Translations under genes and position numbers: made by a program | Part shown: one piece after another, positions 29,617 through 41,500 of the stretch | Layout: every line of letters begins with the position of its first letter | Position numbering within the stretch: position 1 is the stretch's first letter | DNA from: Armatimonadota bacterium | Lineage (GTDB): Bacteria; Armatimonadota; UBA5829; DTLH01 | DNA: 64,000 bases | Assembly: GCA_039679675.1 (NCBI GenBank) | Contig: JBDKUN010000019.1 | Coordinates: 1 to 64,000 of the forward strand | Reading direction: 5' to 3' | Notes under the pieces: model-generated | Seen by the model: the letters and a program-made list of their open reading frames with translations, nothing else | Database searches by the model: none | What the model was told of the DNA's origin: nothing

Positions 29617-29641
29617 ATACAGGCTTAGCCTGATTTAGTAT

Positions 29642-29678
29642 AAAAAAGCCGCATGAGCCAGTTTCATGCGGCTTTTTT
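29642..29678 (+). terminator. Intrinsic terminator after rpsA
   Basis: AAAAAAGCCGCATGA...TCATGCGGCTTTTTT. Confidence 0.8.
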
Positions 29679-29780
29679 GCTGCCTTTTTCGCTCCTGCCA
29701 GGCAAGCATGGGCATGTTCAAGTGTAGGTCGAAATATTGGACAAGGACGGGATTTAGGGGAAAGGGTATAAACACTCCTG

Positions 29781-29813
29781 TGTTTCGGGACGAAAAGCAG
29801 TCCCGAAGCACGA
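29781..29813. repeat. 11-8-11 palindrome, copy 1
   Basis: TGTTTCGGGAC-gaaaagca-GTCCCGAAGCACGA; near-identical arms recur at 50632. Confidence 0.6.
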
Positions 29814-29886
29814 TTATCCACCAATCTCATCCTTAAATAATTTCCCTTGCCTGCCGGCTTCAAAATGATGTAATCTGTGTAATGCA

Positions 29887-30495
29887 ATGGGAATTGTGCT
29901 TGGGATAACCGGAGGAATTGCAGCCGGAAAGACTACGGTCACGGATATGTTTCGTGAACTCGGCGCTGAGACAATATCGGCGGACGATGTCGCGCGTGAA
30001 GTGATGGTACCAGGAGCGCCGGTCATTGATGAGCTGGTAGAGAGGTTTGGCCGTTCCATTATAAAGCCCGATGGAAGCATAGACCGGAGTGCGCTGGCAG
30101 AAATAGCTTTCAAGAACCCCGAAGATTTGACTGCGCTTAACGACATCACCCACCCGCCAATTATCGCAATCATTGAGGCACGTATAAAGGAGTTTCGAAG
30201 CCGCTCAGACAAGCGGGATGTGCTCGCTGTGGAAATTCCGCTTTTAATTGAATGTAATTTAATGGGGCTTGTTGATAAAGTCATAGTCGTAGCAGCGGAA
30301 CAAGAGACGCAGCTAATTCGTCTGACAACAAGAGGATTCTCGTATGATGAGGCACTGCGGCGCGTAGCGGCACAGTTGCCGACCTCCGAGAAGTTCCATT
30401 ATGCTGATGAAGTAGTCTGGACGGATGTGAGTCTTGAAGATACAAGACGGCAGGTGGAGCGGGTTTGGAAACTGGCACAAAGCTGCGACGAATGA
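29887..30495 (+). CDS. coaE: Dephospho-CoA kinase
   Basis: GITGGIAAGKTT, IDRSALAEIAF, LNDITHP and EIPLLIE motifs. Confidence 0.95.
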   Translation: MGIVLGITGGIAAGKTTVTDMFRELGAETISADDVAREVMVPGAPVIDELVERFGRSIIKPDGSIDRSALAEIAFKNPEDLTALNDITHPPIIAIIEARIKEFRSRSDKRDVLAVEIPLLIECNLMGLVDKVIVVAAEQETQLIRLTTRGFSYDEALRRVAAQLPTSEKFHYADEVVWTDVSLEDTRRQVERVWKLAQSCDE

Positions 30496-30961
30496 AAAGT
30501 CCGGCAGTGCGAAAGGGGTGCTATCACAGCATGAACCGGTTTTGACTGTGGTGTGGTAGTGGTTTTGTCTTCCACAGTGACCGGTGCTCCTGTTGAAGGG
30601 CTCCCCGATCATAAAATTGCTTGCCTGATTCTCAGCAGTTATGCTATATTGGAGATAAGTATACTGCTGACATTGTTTCTGTCTCGTGTCCATTGCCCGT
30701 CAGACCCAGTGTGCTCCACAAACTGGCAGGCGTTTCGCCCGATTCTGAACGGGAGTGCTGATCGTGGAAAGCTCGCGGGTGGACGAAATTACGGGCTACT
30801 GATGAGATCATCCGTAGGCTCGTCAATTTGCCGGGATAATGCACTGTCCGGCTATACAATATGTAACAAATCGAACTCTGCGCCATCGGTATAAGGGTCA
30901 GGCTGCTTATAGGCAGCTGCGCTAACGGTGGTCGTAAAGATTCTTGGGGAGGAAGTTTTCG

Positions 30962-32731
30962 TTGAATCTAAGGAAGCACGAGAGGCTTTATAGGCTGGTG
31001 TCCTGTGTCACGGTATTTGGATTCATATTACCGTTGATGCTGGCGGTATTCCCGCAGGCTGCTGTAGCACAGGCTCAGACGCCGATGCAAGTAGGCGTAG
31101 TCGAATTCCGCAACGATTCTGGTGTGCAGGGAAGTATGCTCGCGAGATTTGCTACGGATGCAGTGGTGATTGAGCTCAGTAAGTCGAACCGTTTCGACGT
31201 TATAACAAGGGCGCAGATCGATGCTCAGATGAAAGAGCTTAGAATTGCCAACCCACTTAACAGTACTGAGCGCAACAGGTTGGGAGAGGCTCTTTCCGCC
31301 GATGCTATGATCGAGGGTTCGATCAAGGCAGTCGAACTTCGTGGCAGTGGGGCTACACGCCGTGCAGCCGTTACCATTGTCATTCGAATGGTCGACCAGT
31401 CGTCCGGTGAAGTCATAAATGGCGCTATCCAGACGGGTACCAGCAATGTGCGCGTTGGCAGCAGCCCGGACGATGACAAACTGATTTCGGAAGCCATTGA
31501 CAACGCTGCCTATCAGGCTGTCAAGACGATGATCGATTACATCATCCCCGAGGCGACAGTCCAGAATACAATCAGGACCAATGAGGTTCTATTGAATAAG
31601 GGCGCCAGAGACGGTATTAGGCTAGGTATGCGGATGATCGTTACGCGAGACCGTGAGATCATCGGAGAAATTGAGATCCGTAATGTAGACCCGGACAACT
31701 CGACGGGTTTCATAGTAAAGCAGACACGGGGAATCAGCCCGGAAGACAAGGCGAGAGCGGTATTCGATATGCCAGAGATCGCCAGGGTACAGGCAGACCC
31801 CGGTACGAAGTCAGGCCCTCCTACCGTTTCAGCTAAAAAATCGAGCGCTTTGCCTAAGATAGGTAAGATAGTTCTAGGTGTGCTTGTTGCATGGGGAGTA
31901 TCGAAAGCCTTTGATTCCAATGGTACAGAAAGCGTCGGCGGCGTAACTGCTGAAGCAGGTCTGTCCGGTTACAATCTGCCGGTTGAAAGCGGCACCCCAG
32001 GCGTTAGAGTGAAATGGGATACAAATAAACTCGGGCGTGGCAAGAACGTTATCGAGTATCACATTTGGAGAAACGACGTAGACGGCCCAGTGCTTACAGC
32101 ACGTGCTTCCGACGGTGTGGCCTTCGATGATGCAAGTGCGAGAACAACATCGTATTCGACCGCTAACAGCGAGACACACGTAAAAACCAGCGGCACGACT
32201 ACTGTTCCTGCTATGACACTCAGCACACCCCTCAAATACTGGGTCTCCGCTCTTTACCTGGTACAGTCTGCGGACAGCACCCTGTACTATGAGACAGATA
32301 GAATGTCTACCGGCCAAGCGACGCCTATGACTCAGATACCTGTAGGCAACCTTACATTGCCTGCTGCCGGCAGTCAGCAGAACCTGCAGAAGGTTACATT
32401 TGAATGGCTTTCCAGACGAGGCGCGGATGTTTATGTGGTTGAAGCTTCAAGCGACCCGACATTCCAGCATCCTGAGTATGTAAGCAGTCCTGTATACTAT
32501 TCTCCGGCCGCGGATGGTCAGACAGTAAGGCTGGTAGTCTCTGCGTCGCTCTATAACCTGTTCTCAAGCGCAACAAGTGATCAACCGATCTGGTGGCGAG
32601 TTGGAATGAGGTCGAGCGGAGATTCGCCTGGGCCAATTCCACCAAGCGGAAGGTCTAGTATGCGCTATCTATATAGTGAAATCAATTCATTCTATCCGGC
32701 TGATACACCTCCGGGTCCGCCGGAACAGTAA
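30962..32731 (+). CDS. Exported CsgG/FlgT-like protein with internal hydrophobic helix and Fn3/Ig-like C-terminal domains
   Basis: Signal peptide ending AAVA. VGVVEFRN..RFDVITRAQID..LGEALSADAMIEGSI..IRMVDQSSGEVI fits the CsgG/TolB-N-like fold; VLLNKGARDGIRLGM is FlgT-C-like; VKW..YHIWR..YWVSA is Fn3-like. TTG 30962 after GGAGG (ORF track starts 30944). Confidence 0.65.
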   Translation: MNLRKHERLYRLVSCVTVFGFILPLMLAVFPQAAVAQAQTPMQVGVVEFRNDSGVQGSMLARFATDAVVIELSKSNRFDVITRAQIDAQMKELRIANPLNSTERNRLGEALSADAMIEGSIKAVELRGSGATRRAAVTIVIRMVDQSSGEVINGAIQTGTSNVRVGSSPDDDKLISEAIDNAAYQAVKTMIDYIIPEATVQNTIRTNEVLLNKGARDGIRLGMRMIVTRDREIIGEIEIRNVDPDNSTGFIVKQTRGISPEDKARAVFDMPEIARVQADPGTKSGPPTVSAKKSSALPKIGKIVLGVLVAWGVSKAFDSNGTESVGGVTAEAGLSGYNLPVESGTPGVRVKWDTNKLGRGKNVIEYHIWRNDVDGPVLTARASDGVAFDDASARTTSYSTANSETHVKTSGTTTVPAMTLSTPLKYWVSALYLVQSADSTLYYETDRMSTGQATPMTQIPVGNLTLPAAGSQQNLQKVTFEWLSRRGADVYVVEASSDPTFQHPEYVSSPVYYSPAADGQTVRLVVSASLYNLFSSATSDQPIWWRVGMRSSGDSPGPIPPSGRSSMRYLYSEINSFYPADTPPGPPEQ

Positions 32732-32832
32732 AATTGCGTTAGCATCGGCCGCACCGTTCGTTATATCAAAATGAAGAGCGGGCGGCCGACCCGCTCGTAG
32801 CGGGTCGGGACGACAGGGAGGTACAGGAGAAG

Positions 32833-35832
32833 TTGAACCATAGATATTTAAAACTGATGCGATGCAAATGGGCTGTAATTGCCATATTCGCGGCGTTCGT
32901 GCTCGCCGCGAATGGTGTCGCAGCAGATACTCCGACACCATCGGCTTATGTACAAAACCAGTTAATAGTCCGGCTTGCGCCTGGCCTGACTGAAGCCGAG
33001 AGAAACGCCGCATTTGATAAGATTGGCGCCAAATTGATCCGCCCTTTGGCGCTTGCAAATACATATCTCGTAGAGCTTGTGCCTACCCGCGGTGAAACTG
33101 TCCAATCTTCTATAACCAGGGCAAGTACAGTACCGAACATTGTTCTTGCCGGGCCGAATTACAGAAAATACACTTCTGCTTCGACTCCAAACGATCCCCA
33201 ATGGTCAAAGCTTTGGGGTATGAAAATGATAAACGCTGACAAAGCTTGGGATATCACAAAAGGTAGCGCCAGTGTGATAGTTGCCGTGCTCGATACGGAC
33301 TTCAGTCTCACTCATCCCGATCTGAAAGACAGGTTCCTGCCCGGTAAAGATATAGCGATGGGTGACGATGATCCTTCGCCATGGCCTCAGAAGACAGAGT
33401 TGAGTCATGGGACTCACGTTACAGGGACCATTGCAGCCCAGGGGAACAACGGCGAAGGCGTAGTCGGTGTCTGTTGGGATGGAGTAAAGATCCTTCCTGT
33501 TAAGGTATTCACCGATGACGGTTTGTGTGAAACATCGTCCGAAGTAGACGGTCTATATTATGCAAAAGCACAGGGAGCACAGGTCGTAAATCTGAGCTTG
33601 GGTGATTATTATTACGATTCTTTTGAGCATGAAGCCATAAAAGACTTGTATGCTGCTGGAATCATAATTGTTGCATCTGCTGGAAATGACTCCTGGTCAG
33701 TAGGTTACCCGGCAGCGTACCCTGAGGTGATAGCGGTTTCCGCGCTGGCTGATGATGAACGGCCGGCGAGTTATACAAACTACGGGCCGGAAATAGATAT
33801 CGCAGCTCCTGGCGGCGATGATTATGAAGACGGACCTGGTTCTATCTGGAGCACATGCTGGTCTAAAGACAAAGGGAACTACTATACAGGTATACAGGGA
33901 ACATCGATGGCGTCCCCACATGTCGCCGGTGCTGCAGCCCTAATGATTTCATCTGGTATTTCTCCTAGTCAGGTTACAGGTATGCTTTATAGGGCAGCGA
34001 GAGCGCCTAAAACAGGTGTTCTTGATCCTCTAAAGTATGGTAATGGGATTCTTGATCTATATAAGGCGATGCATGCGACTGCTGAGATCAATATAGTGTC
34101 GCCTGAAGATGCTGAAATACTTGATACAACCACACCACAGTTCAAAATATCGACATATCTGGTTCAGAAGAGCAGTATCAAGGTTTACCTGGATTATACG
34201 GATGCCAATAAAGATGGAACACCGGATAATCTTGATGAGGGTATAGTGCTGAACGGCGCAACAATGGATTCCGATCCAAATGCTTCATGGGATGGCGATA
34301 CCAGCACTCTGACATTGAAATGGCCTTCAGTGGGACAGTCTCCACTGACTGATGGTACACACACAGTGTGTGTTATGGGCGATCCGGAGTCGGGTGCGAA
34401 CTCAGGAACTGTGAAGGATTGGAAGGTGTTTTTCGTAAGGCCGAAAGTGCTTTCTGCTGGACGGCATCTGTTCTCAATTCCTTATCCGCTGTCGTCGGAT
34501 GTGACGCCTGCTCAACTGTTTGGTGGAAACGATTTCTGGTTGGCCAGATACATTCCATCACGTGATACTTATGCAACGATAAATTACCCATCTGGAAATG
34601 ATCCGGATGCTGCATGGCCGACGAATCCTGGAGTGCATCCACACGGTGATACAACGGATACTCCTCCCGCAGGCTTGGGATTCTTCATTGAAGTGCTCAA
34701 AGATACTCCGATTACTGTGGCTGGGACTACGGATAAGGCAAGAGCCTATGATATTACATTGACCAGGGGAGCAACCGGCTGGAATATGATAGGAAACCCC
34801 TTCCCATTTCCAGTAGCATGGGACAGTGTGAAGCTAACATATAGAGGTACAACGCTGACATTGAGAGACGCTGTATCAGCAGGTTGGATTCGACAAGCAT
34901 TATATAGATACACTTCATCAGGATATACATTCGAGAATGACCTTATGAAGGCGGTATTGGTGCCATGGGAAGGAGACTGGGTCAAGATACTTCCAGACTA
35001 CCCGGATCGTGTTAACGATACTATGGTTCTCATGGTTCCGCCAATTGAGTCGCCAGCTATTATAGACTCATCAAAAAGCAGAGCGGCTACAACCAGCAAT
35101 GGTTGGTCTTTAAATCTTGTGGCTAAAGCCGGAGATGCTGTTGATTCTCAAAGTTTATTGGGCGTAGACAGTAGAGCGTCCGATGGTTTTGACTCGCTCG
35201 ACGTAGAAGAGCCGCCGGTTATTGACAATTATATTCAACTGGCTTTCACCCATAGTGACTGGGCAGATAAAACGAGCCGGTATGCAAGCGATTTCAGACC
35301 GAGCATAGGGACCGGTAAGACCTGGGAGTTCAACGTAGATACTAATATACCGAACAAGAACGTTACAGTATCCTGGCCTGGAATAGCTTCAGTGCCGAAG
35401 AATTGCCGGCTTGTTTTGGAAGACGTTGAAAGTGGAAACCGCGTCTACATGAGGACTCGGAACAACTATACATACAAATCAGGATCGACCGCAGGAGCCA
35501 GAAGATTCAAGCTGTATGCTGAACCTTCAGACAACGGTTCACTGATGATAACTAATGTAGCTGTCTCTCAAACGAGAGGATCAAGCGTGAGTATTAATTA
35601 CACGATTTCCCGTGATGCACGTGTTGAAGTTCGGGTACGTGATAACAGGAACAAACTGGTCCGGAAGCTGGGCGGAAATACAACTCGGTCTGCAGGGATT
35701 AACTCGATTACATGGGATTGTGTCCTTGACGACGGAGATCAAGCACCCAGCGGTTTGTATATGGCGGAGATCGTTGCTACCGGACCGGATAATGAGGTAG
35801 CAAAGACTATCAGACCGATTCTGGTAAGGTGA
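32833..35832 (+). CDS. Secreted subtilisin-like S8 protease with C-terminal accessory module and FlgD-like Ig domain
   Basis: Signal peptide and propeptide; catalytic VAVLDT, HGTHVTG and GTSMASPHVAG with oxyanion ASAGN; C-terminus VRKL..AGINSITWD..DDG..APSGLYMAEI. Confidence 0.9.
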   Translation: MNHRYLKLMRCKWAVIAIFAAFVLAANGVAADTPTPSAYVQNQLIVRLAPGLTEAERNAAFDKIGAKLIRPLALANTYLVELVPTRGETVQSSITRASTVPNIVLAGPNYRKYTSASTPNDPQWSKLWGMKMINADKAWDITKGSASVIVAVLDTDFSLTHPDLKDRFLPGKDIAMGDDDPSPWPQKTELSHGTHVTGTIAAQGNNGEGVVGVCWDGVKILPVKVFTDDGLCETSSEVDGLYYAKAQGAQVVNLSLGDYYYDSFEHEAIKDLYAAGIIIVASAGNDSWSVGYPAAYPEVIAVSALADDERPASYTNYGPEIDIAAPGGDDYEDGPGSIWSTCWSKDKGNYYTGIQGTSMASPHVAGAAALMISSGISPSQVTGMLYRAARAPKTGVLDPLKYGNGILDLYKAMHATAEINIVSPEDAEILDTTTPQFKISTYLVQKSSIKVYLDYTDANKDGTPDNLDEGIVLNGATMDSDPNASWDGDTSTLTLKWPSVGQSPLTDGTHTVCVMGDPESGANSGTVKDWKVFFVRPKVLSAGRHLFSIPYPLSSDVTPAQLFGGNDFWLARYIPSRDTYATINYPSGNDPDAAWPTNPGVHPHGDTTDTPPAGLGFFIEVLKDTPITVAGTTDKARAYDITLTRGATGWNMIGNPFPFPVAWDSVKLTYRGTTLTLRDAVSAGWIRQALYRYTSSGYTFENDLMKAVLVPWEGDWVKILPDYPDRVNDTMVLMVPPIESPAIIDSSKSRAATTSNGWSLNLVAKAGDAVDSQSLLGVDSRASDGFDSLDVEEPPVIDNYIQLAFTHSDWADKTSRYASDFRPSIGTGKTWEFNVDTNIPNKNVTVSWPGIASVPKNCRLVLEDVESGNRVYMRTRNNYTYKSGSTAGARRFKLYAEPSDNGSLMITNVAVSQTRGSSVSINYTISRDARVEVRVRDNRNKLVRKLGGNTTRSAGINSITWDCVLDDGDQAPSGLYMAEIVATGPDNEVAKTIRPILVR

Positions 35833-35855
35833 TTGTGATAGGAGATAGAGCATTT

Positions 35856-38531
35856 ATGCTACGAGCAGCAAAAATATTTGCCATATTATTGTCGGCAGCC
35901 GCTATTATCGTGCCGTCTGTCCGTGTTAATGCACAGTCATATACTGCCATCAATAGCAACGAGTATATGATGGTAATGATGGGGCAGACGGAAGAGGTGA
36001 ATGTGGCCGAGCCTACGCCGAAAAAGCAGCCCAGGTCTGGCAGGTGGATGATATATACTGTCAAAGGTGATCCGGAAGTAGCGGAAGATGATAACATGCC
36101 GCTGGTTAGGGCTGCAGAAGACAGTGGACCAGGATGGAGATACGGTTTTACAACCATAAGAATAGATAACACAAGCGAAATATTCGGAGACGAGTCTCAC
36201 GGTTACTGGGTACTAACTCCATATGTAAGTGATAAGGACACTGGTAACTATGTGGGGCTTACTGGCCAGTATGTGTGCGGCTTATGGTATGTAAGCCAAT
36301 CCAATATTACTGCAAGATTTAGAATGGCTCTGATAAGGGACCAGGTGAGGCTTGAAGTAGTACTGACTAATCACGACACGAAAGCACATAATGTAGGGCT
36401 GAGACATTGCTGTGATGTAACTACCAATGGAAATATTGATACTATAACACATCCATATGTTCCGGGTAATGGCGTAGTAATGGCTGAGACCGATTATGTG
36501 GGATCGGCAATACCGGAATACGTCGAGATGTATGATGATATAACGAATCCAAAGGTTGCTGTGAGAAACACTCTCACAGCGCAGGACGCGACGGCTCCGG
36601 ATAGAGCGGCATTCGGATATTGGCTGAATATGCAGGGAAATGATTGGGATTTCACTGCGATACCTGACAGAGCTGTAACTGATTATGGATGGACGCTCTG
36701 GTGGCAGCCTGTTCTTCTCAATCCGGGCGAATCCCGGACAATTATCACTTATTTTGGGATGGCAGCAGCCACAAGCTCATGGACATCCGGCACCCCGGGA
36801 TCAACAGTAAAGCAGGATCCTTTCTGTGTAGCGGTGCAGGCTCCAAGATCGCTCAGTGTCGATTATGATTCATCCTTGTCATCTGATTCGATGCTGCAGT
36901 CAAACCCATTTAAGATAAAGGCATATGTATACAATATGTATACCGGTGATACGACCCTGAAAAATGTTCAGGTTCACTTGGATCTACCGGAAGGACTGGA
37001 ACTGGTCAGCGGAACTTCTACGCAGGAGATAACAAGCATACCGCCTGAAACTGAAGGACTACCGGTAACCTGGGATGTCAAGGCAACTGGTAAGGTAACA
37101 GGAAAGCTTACTTATATAGTAACAGTCAGTGGTTCGCCAGGGCTGCAAAAGACAGTAGAACGTGAAATTGTAGTACCGTCAACGGGTACTACACAGATCA
37201 AAGCTGGATGGCAAATGATATCAACACCGTTCAAATTCGAGGACTCACGAATAGAAGAGGCTTTGAACCTTGCTGATGATACATATAACGCTTTTGCCTG
37301 GAACCCACAGCTAAAGGATTATGAGACAGTTACGAATATAAACCCCGGTAAGGGATTCTGGCTCAAATCGACTATAGACAGACCGGTTACAAGAGTATCG
37401 ACAAGTGCAAAACCTTTAGCCGGAACAGAATCGCATTCAATTGACCTTTATACCGGTTGGAATCAGTTTGGTAATCCGTACATTTATCCTATTCCCTGGG
37501 GAAGAGTTAGAGTTTTGGGAACAGCACAGGATGGACTGCTCACAATAGAACAAGCTGTTTCTAAGAATTTGATTAGGAAGACCTTTTATTGGTGGGACAC
37601 TTATGCCGGTGAGTATAGTATGTCATCCGATTCATCAACTAATCTGAATCCTTGGCAAGGGTATTGGATCAAAGCTATGCAACCGTGCCAGCTAATTATC
37701 CCTGCAGTAAACGAGATAGGATCAACTATAGGTGGAGATACTACACGAAGTAGAGCATCATCATCTACTTCGACTGCAAGCGCGAAGAAGAGTGATGGCT
37801 GGAACTTGAAACTTGTAGCGAGAGCAGGCGAAGCTGTAGATTCCACAAGCTATATAGGCGTTGACAGTCGAGCATCTGATACGTATGATTCGGCAGATAT
37901 AGAAGAACCGCCATCACCGGGCGATTATGTCAACATAAGTTTCCCTCATGAGGATTGGGGAATTAATAGTGGAAATTATCTCTCGGACATTCGAAGATCG
38001 ACAGGTGGAAAACAGTCCTGGGACATCGATGTAACGTGTGATAAGAAGAATTCTGATGTAGTAATGACTTGGCCTACACTATCAGGTATACCCAAAGACT
38101 ATACACTTAGGATGACCGATGTGGATGGCAACGTAACAAAATTTATGCGTACGACAAGCTCATACAAATATAATTCCGGAGAAGGCGGAGTACGACGGTT
38201 CAGACTTGTCGCAGAGCCAAGAGGTAATGACAGTTTGATTATAAGCGGCCTTAGCGTGAATACTTCACGCGCCGTAGGCAGCGCAACAATATCCTATAAT
38301 CTATCCACGGATGCATCTACCGATGTCAAGATCAAATCGACTTCAGGTAGGATGGTACGCAGTCTGGCCAAGGGTAGAGGCGTTACAAGAGGAATTAATA
38401 ATCTAACCTGGAACTATCGTGATGAAACCGGAGAAGCGGTTCCCGCTGGCAGTTACCTCTTGGAGGTAGTAGCAACTACACAAGATGGTGAAGTCGCAAA
38501 GACGATCAGACCATTTCTTGTGGCAAGGTAA
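35856..38531 (+). CDS. Secreted protein with beta-sandwich N-terminus, shared module and FlgD-like Ig domain
   Basis: Signal peptide ending VNA (ATG 35856 after AGGAG; ORF track starts 35829). C-terminal half is homologous to the S8 protein, ending GEVAKTIRPFLVAR versus NEVAKTIRPILVR. Confidence 0.75.
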   Translation: MLRAAKIFAILLSAAAIIVPSVRVNAQSYTAINSNEYMMVMMGQTEEVNVAEPTPKKQPRSGRWMIYTVKGDPEVAEDDNMPLVRAAEDSGPGWRYGFTTIRIDNTSEIFGDESHGYWVLTPYVSDKDTGNYVGLTGQYVCGLWYVSQSNITARFRMALIRDQVRLEVVLTNHDTKAHNVGLRHCCDVTTNGNIDTITHPYVPGNGVVMAETDYVGSAIPEYVEMYDDITNPKVAVRNTLTAQDATAPDRAAFGYWLNMQGNDWDFTAIPDRAVTDYGWTLWWQPVLLNPGESRTIITYFGMAAATSSWTSGTPGSTVKQDPFCVAVQAPRSLSVDYDSSLSSDSMLQSNPFKIKAYVYNMYTGDTTLKNVQVHLDLPEGLELVSGTSTQEITSIPPETEGLPVTWDVKATGKVTGKLTYIVTVSGSPGLQKTVEREIVVPSTGTTQIKAGWQMISTPFKFEDSRIEEALNLADDTYNAFAWNPQLKDYETVTNINPGKGFWLKSTIDRPVTRVSTSAKPLAGTESHSIDLYTGWNQFGNPYIYPIPWGRVRVLGTAQDGLLTIEQAVSKNLIRKTFYWWDTYAGEYSMSSDSSTNLNPWQGYWIKAMQPCQLIIPAVNEIGSTIGGDTTRSRASSSTSTASAKKSDGWNLKLVARAGEAVDSTSYIGVDSRASDTYDSADIEEPPSPGDYVNISFPHEDWGINSGNYLSDIRRSTGGKQSWDIDVTCDKKNSDVVMTWPTLSGIPKDYTLRMTDVDGNVTKFMRTTSSYKYNSGEGGVRRFRLVAEPRGNDSLIISGLSVNTSRAVGSATISYNLSTDASTDVKIKSTSGRMVRSLAKGRGVTRGINNLTWNYRDETGEAVPAGSYLLEVVATTQDGEVAKTIRPFLVAR

Positions 38532-38596
38532 TTCAGTTGGATAGAGTGAAATATTTCAGGTTAATTGATAGGACAGGCTGGAAGGATGATTTGAAC

Positions 38597-41500
38597 ATGA
38601 TAGGAGTATGCAAGCGACTAGCTCTTGTTCTGGTTCTTATTCTCGGAATAATGAGTCCAGTTTATGCAGATATGGGAACAGTTACTGCCGGACCAACCGA
38701 TCCGACAGTGAACTCAATATCAAATTTGAGAGCTGTATGGACAGATTCTGAACAGAAGTTGCCGGACACAGAGGTGTGGCGTACGTATGAGACCGGTAGA
38801 AACCGGCTTAATACACCATCACCGTGGCAGGCAAATCCTAGTTACTATAGTCTGCAGCCGGATCCGGATGCAACAGTCACGGAAACGTATAATGCAGTAA
38901 ATGTAGTAGAGTCAGTATATGTAGAGCTGGATGGCAGCGGTAATATAAATCTACCAGAGAATGCTGTCGGTATCAAAGGAGTCTGGCTCGACCGCTGGCA
39001 AAGGAAGAATGTGTGGCCTGGCGGGGCATTTACTGGGAGTCAGATAACAAGCGCCCAATTGACATTACCTGCAGGCACCCAGCATGTCTTTGTTTCCTAT
39101 TATAAAGCGGGAACAAAACTGATAAAGGTCAATAGTGTGCCTCTTCCCAGCGAATATACTGTATATAGGTATCCTGTATCGACTGGTACATCAAAAATTG
39201 TTATCAACCCGGAGATTCTGAGACTTGACCCTGATACCGCCGGACTTAGGAATGGCGGCGGTGATGAGTGGAGTAATCTTATCGGTATATATGATAACCC
39301 CTCCCTAAAGGGCATAAACTATGCTGCAGGACGCAATATTGATACAGCTACATCAACTGTAACGCTTGCCAGGGCTGTCAGCGGTAATATAAGGAATCTT
39401 TATGTAAAGGTTTCAACTTACGCAGTTGACTATGTCTCGATTAATGGGACACAAGTACTTCCAACGAGCTATGACCCTGATACAGGCGAGATAGTACTTC
39501 CTGAAGAAGTAGCAACAGGTCAGGCAGTTGAAGTTGCATACCGCCCGCTTGGGAAAAGCAAAGTAACAGTTGCTCAAGTTCCGGTAACAGCGGTTTCAGG
39601 AGTGTGGACCGATGACAGTAAGTCTACAGCCGAGACTGTTTCAGGATTTGATGAGACAACAGGAAAGATAAGCTTCGACCCTGCACTGGCAGATGGGACA
39701 AGATCTGTTTATTGCGAATACACAGGCGCTGATATGCAGGGTGTCACTGGCGAAGATTCCTGGCAGTGGCGGGAAGGTGGAAAACCTTTCCCTCTTGTTC
39801 GTGAAAGTGATGATAGAGATCAAAGATATGCATCTCTCCAGTTGGACCCCGTCGAAGGTGGCGTAAGAAAAGATGGCGGCGTCGAAAAAGAGGGAGATGA
39901 ACAGGTAGATGAGTGGGTATTCCGCGGCGTAGATAGAATTGATAATGAAAACGCTCCTGCTGTAAAAATACTGGCCGATGATGACACTGTTAAAACGACA
40001 AAGGGAATCGTCACAGACAAGGCGACTGGGAAAAGGGGTATATTCCTTGATCCGGCAACCGATCCTGTACTTGTAAAAAGTGTCTTGGTCACCCGGTTAG
40101 TGGATAATGTATACAAAACCGACAATCTTGCGAAATATGCAAGAGTTATCGGCATCACGAATGCTGATGGTAATACTGTTAGAGCAATATTTTTAGATGC
40201 GGAATTGGCGGAACTACCGGATGATGCAACCGCATCAAGAGTATCCTACTATATATCTGGCAAAAACATGGTGGTAGTACCTGGCCCGCTTCCGATGCCG
40301 GCTACCGTCAGAGAAATAGATCTTACAAATCTAAACCAGCCAATATCCGACACATTAAGGATCAACCCGGATCTGATTGCGTTTGACCCAGATCTTGAGA
40401 ATTGGCGTGCAAACGCTCTCAGCAGCAATCCATTAGACGGATACAATATACTGGGTGTATTCGATAACGTAAATCTGACAGGTTGGAATTATTGGACTCC
40501 CGGAAGCGGAAAAATAACGCTGGATGCGACCGGTGCTGCAGTTTTGAAGCTGAACTGTGTTCCGAGTAACTCGGTGACAAAGATGTTTATCAAGATATCG
40601 AGTTATGCAGTGGACGGCGTCTTCACTCAAGAAACAGGCGGGCAGAATTATTATCCCGGCAGGCTAGCTGGTGCAGTAGCAGGTGATCCTGCTACTGATC
40701 CGAAGAACGCAGGACATGAATACGCCTGGTATGATGCTAACGTAATGTCAGAAACAATAGATTCTGAAAATGGTGAGACTCGAGTTGGTGAAATTCACCT
40801 TGCGAGATCGTTACCGACCAGTGGGCAGCAGGTGTATGTCACGTGGCGGAAATTGAGTAAGAATAGAGTATCACCCGCCCGGCCGCGTATTATGGCTGTT
40901 CCAGTATTCCAGTATCTGGATTATCCTGACTTACCGATGGATGAGATTAGTAATCCTCCTGTAGATGGACAGAGCATGCTGACGCAAGTGCCACCGGTAT
41001 CGTCAATAGCTGCAACAAAGGCATTTCCAGAGGGCACAATATCCATATACTATATGGAATATTATGCAGGAATGTGCGTTGGTGGTACAGCTACATCTGC
41101 CATATACGCAAATGGATTAGGCAGATTTACATATCAGCCGATGTATATTGTGCCGGACGAAACTGTACCCCCAGAGTATGTATACAGGTCCGCTGTGAGT
41201 GCCGGATTGAATATGAGTAAATCCCTGCAGCAGCCGTCATACGATATAAATGACCAGACTAACAATCTTCTTCTACGGGATCCGAGAAGACATCCGGTTG
41301 ACTATGCACCGAATTTTACGACCCAGCCATATTCTATAGACCCTGCTAATGTGGAATTTAAGTTTTATGCGGGGCGTCATCCAGAAAGATTAGGGTCTGA
41401 GCCGAGAATATCTGAAAAAGGACCGATCTCTACGACTGTTCATGCTTCGACTGTATCACGCGCTGAGGATGGTACTGTTGATTATGGTGGAACCTATTAT

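Noticed and set aside
29696..29709. 13-nt match (GCCAGGCAAGCAT) to the integrase leader repeat
   Set aside because: Short, with no flanking similarity; compatible with chance.
30783..30823. Hammerhead-like words CGAAA and CTGATGAG
   Set aside because: Only about 10 nt separate them, too few to form stems I and III.
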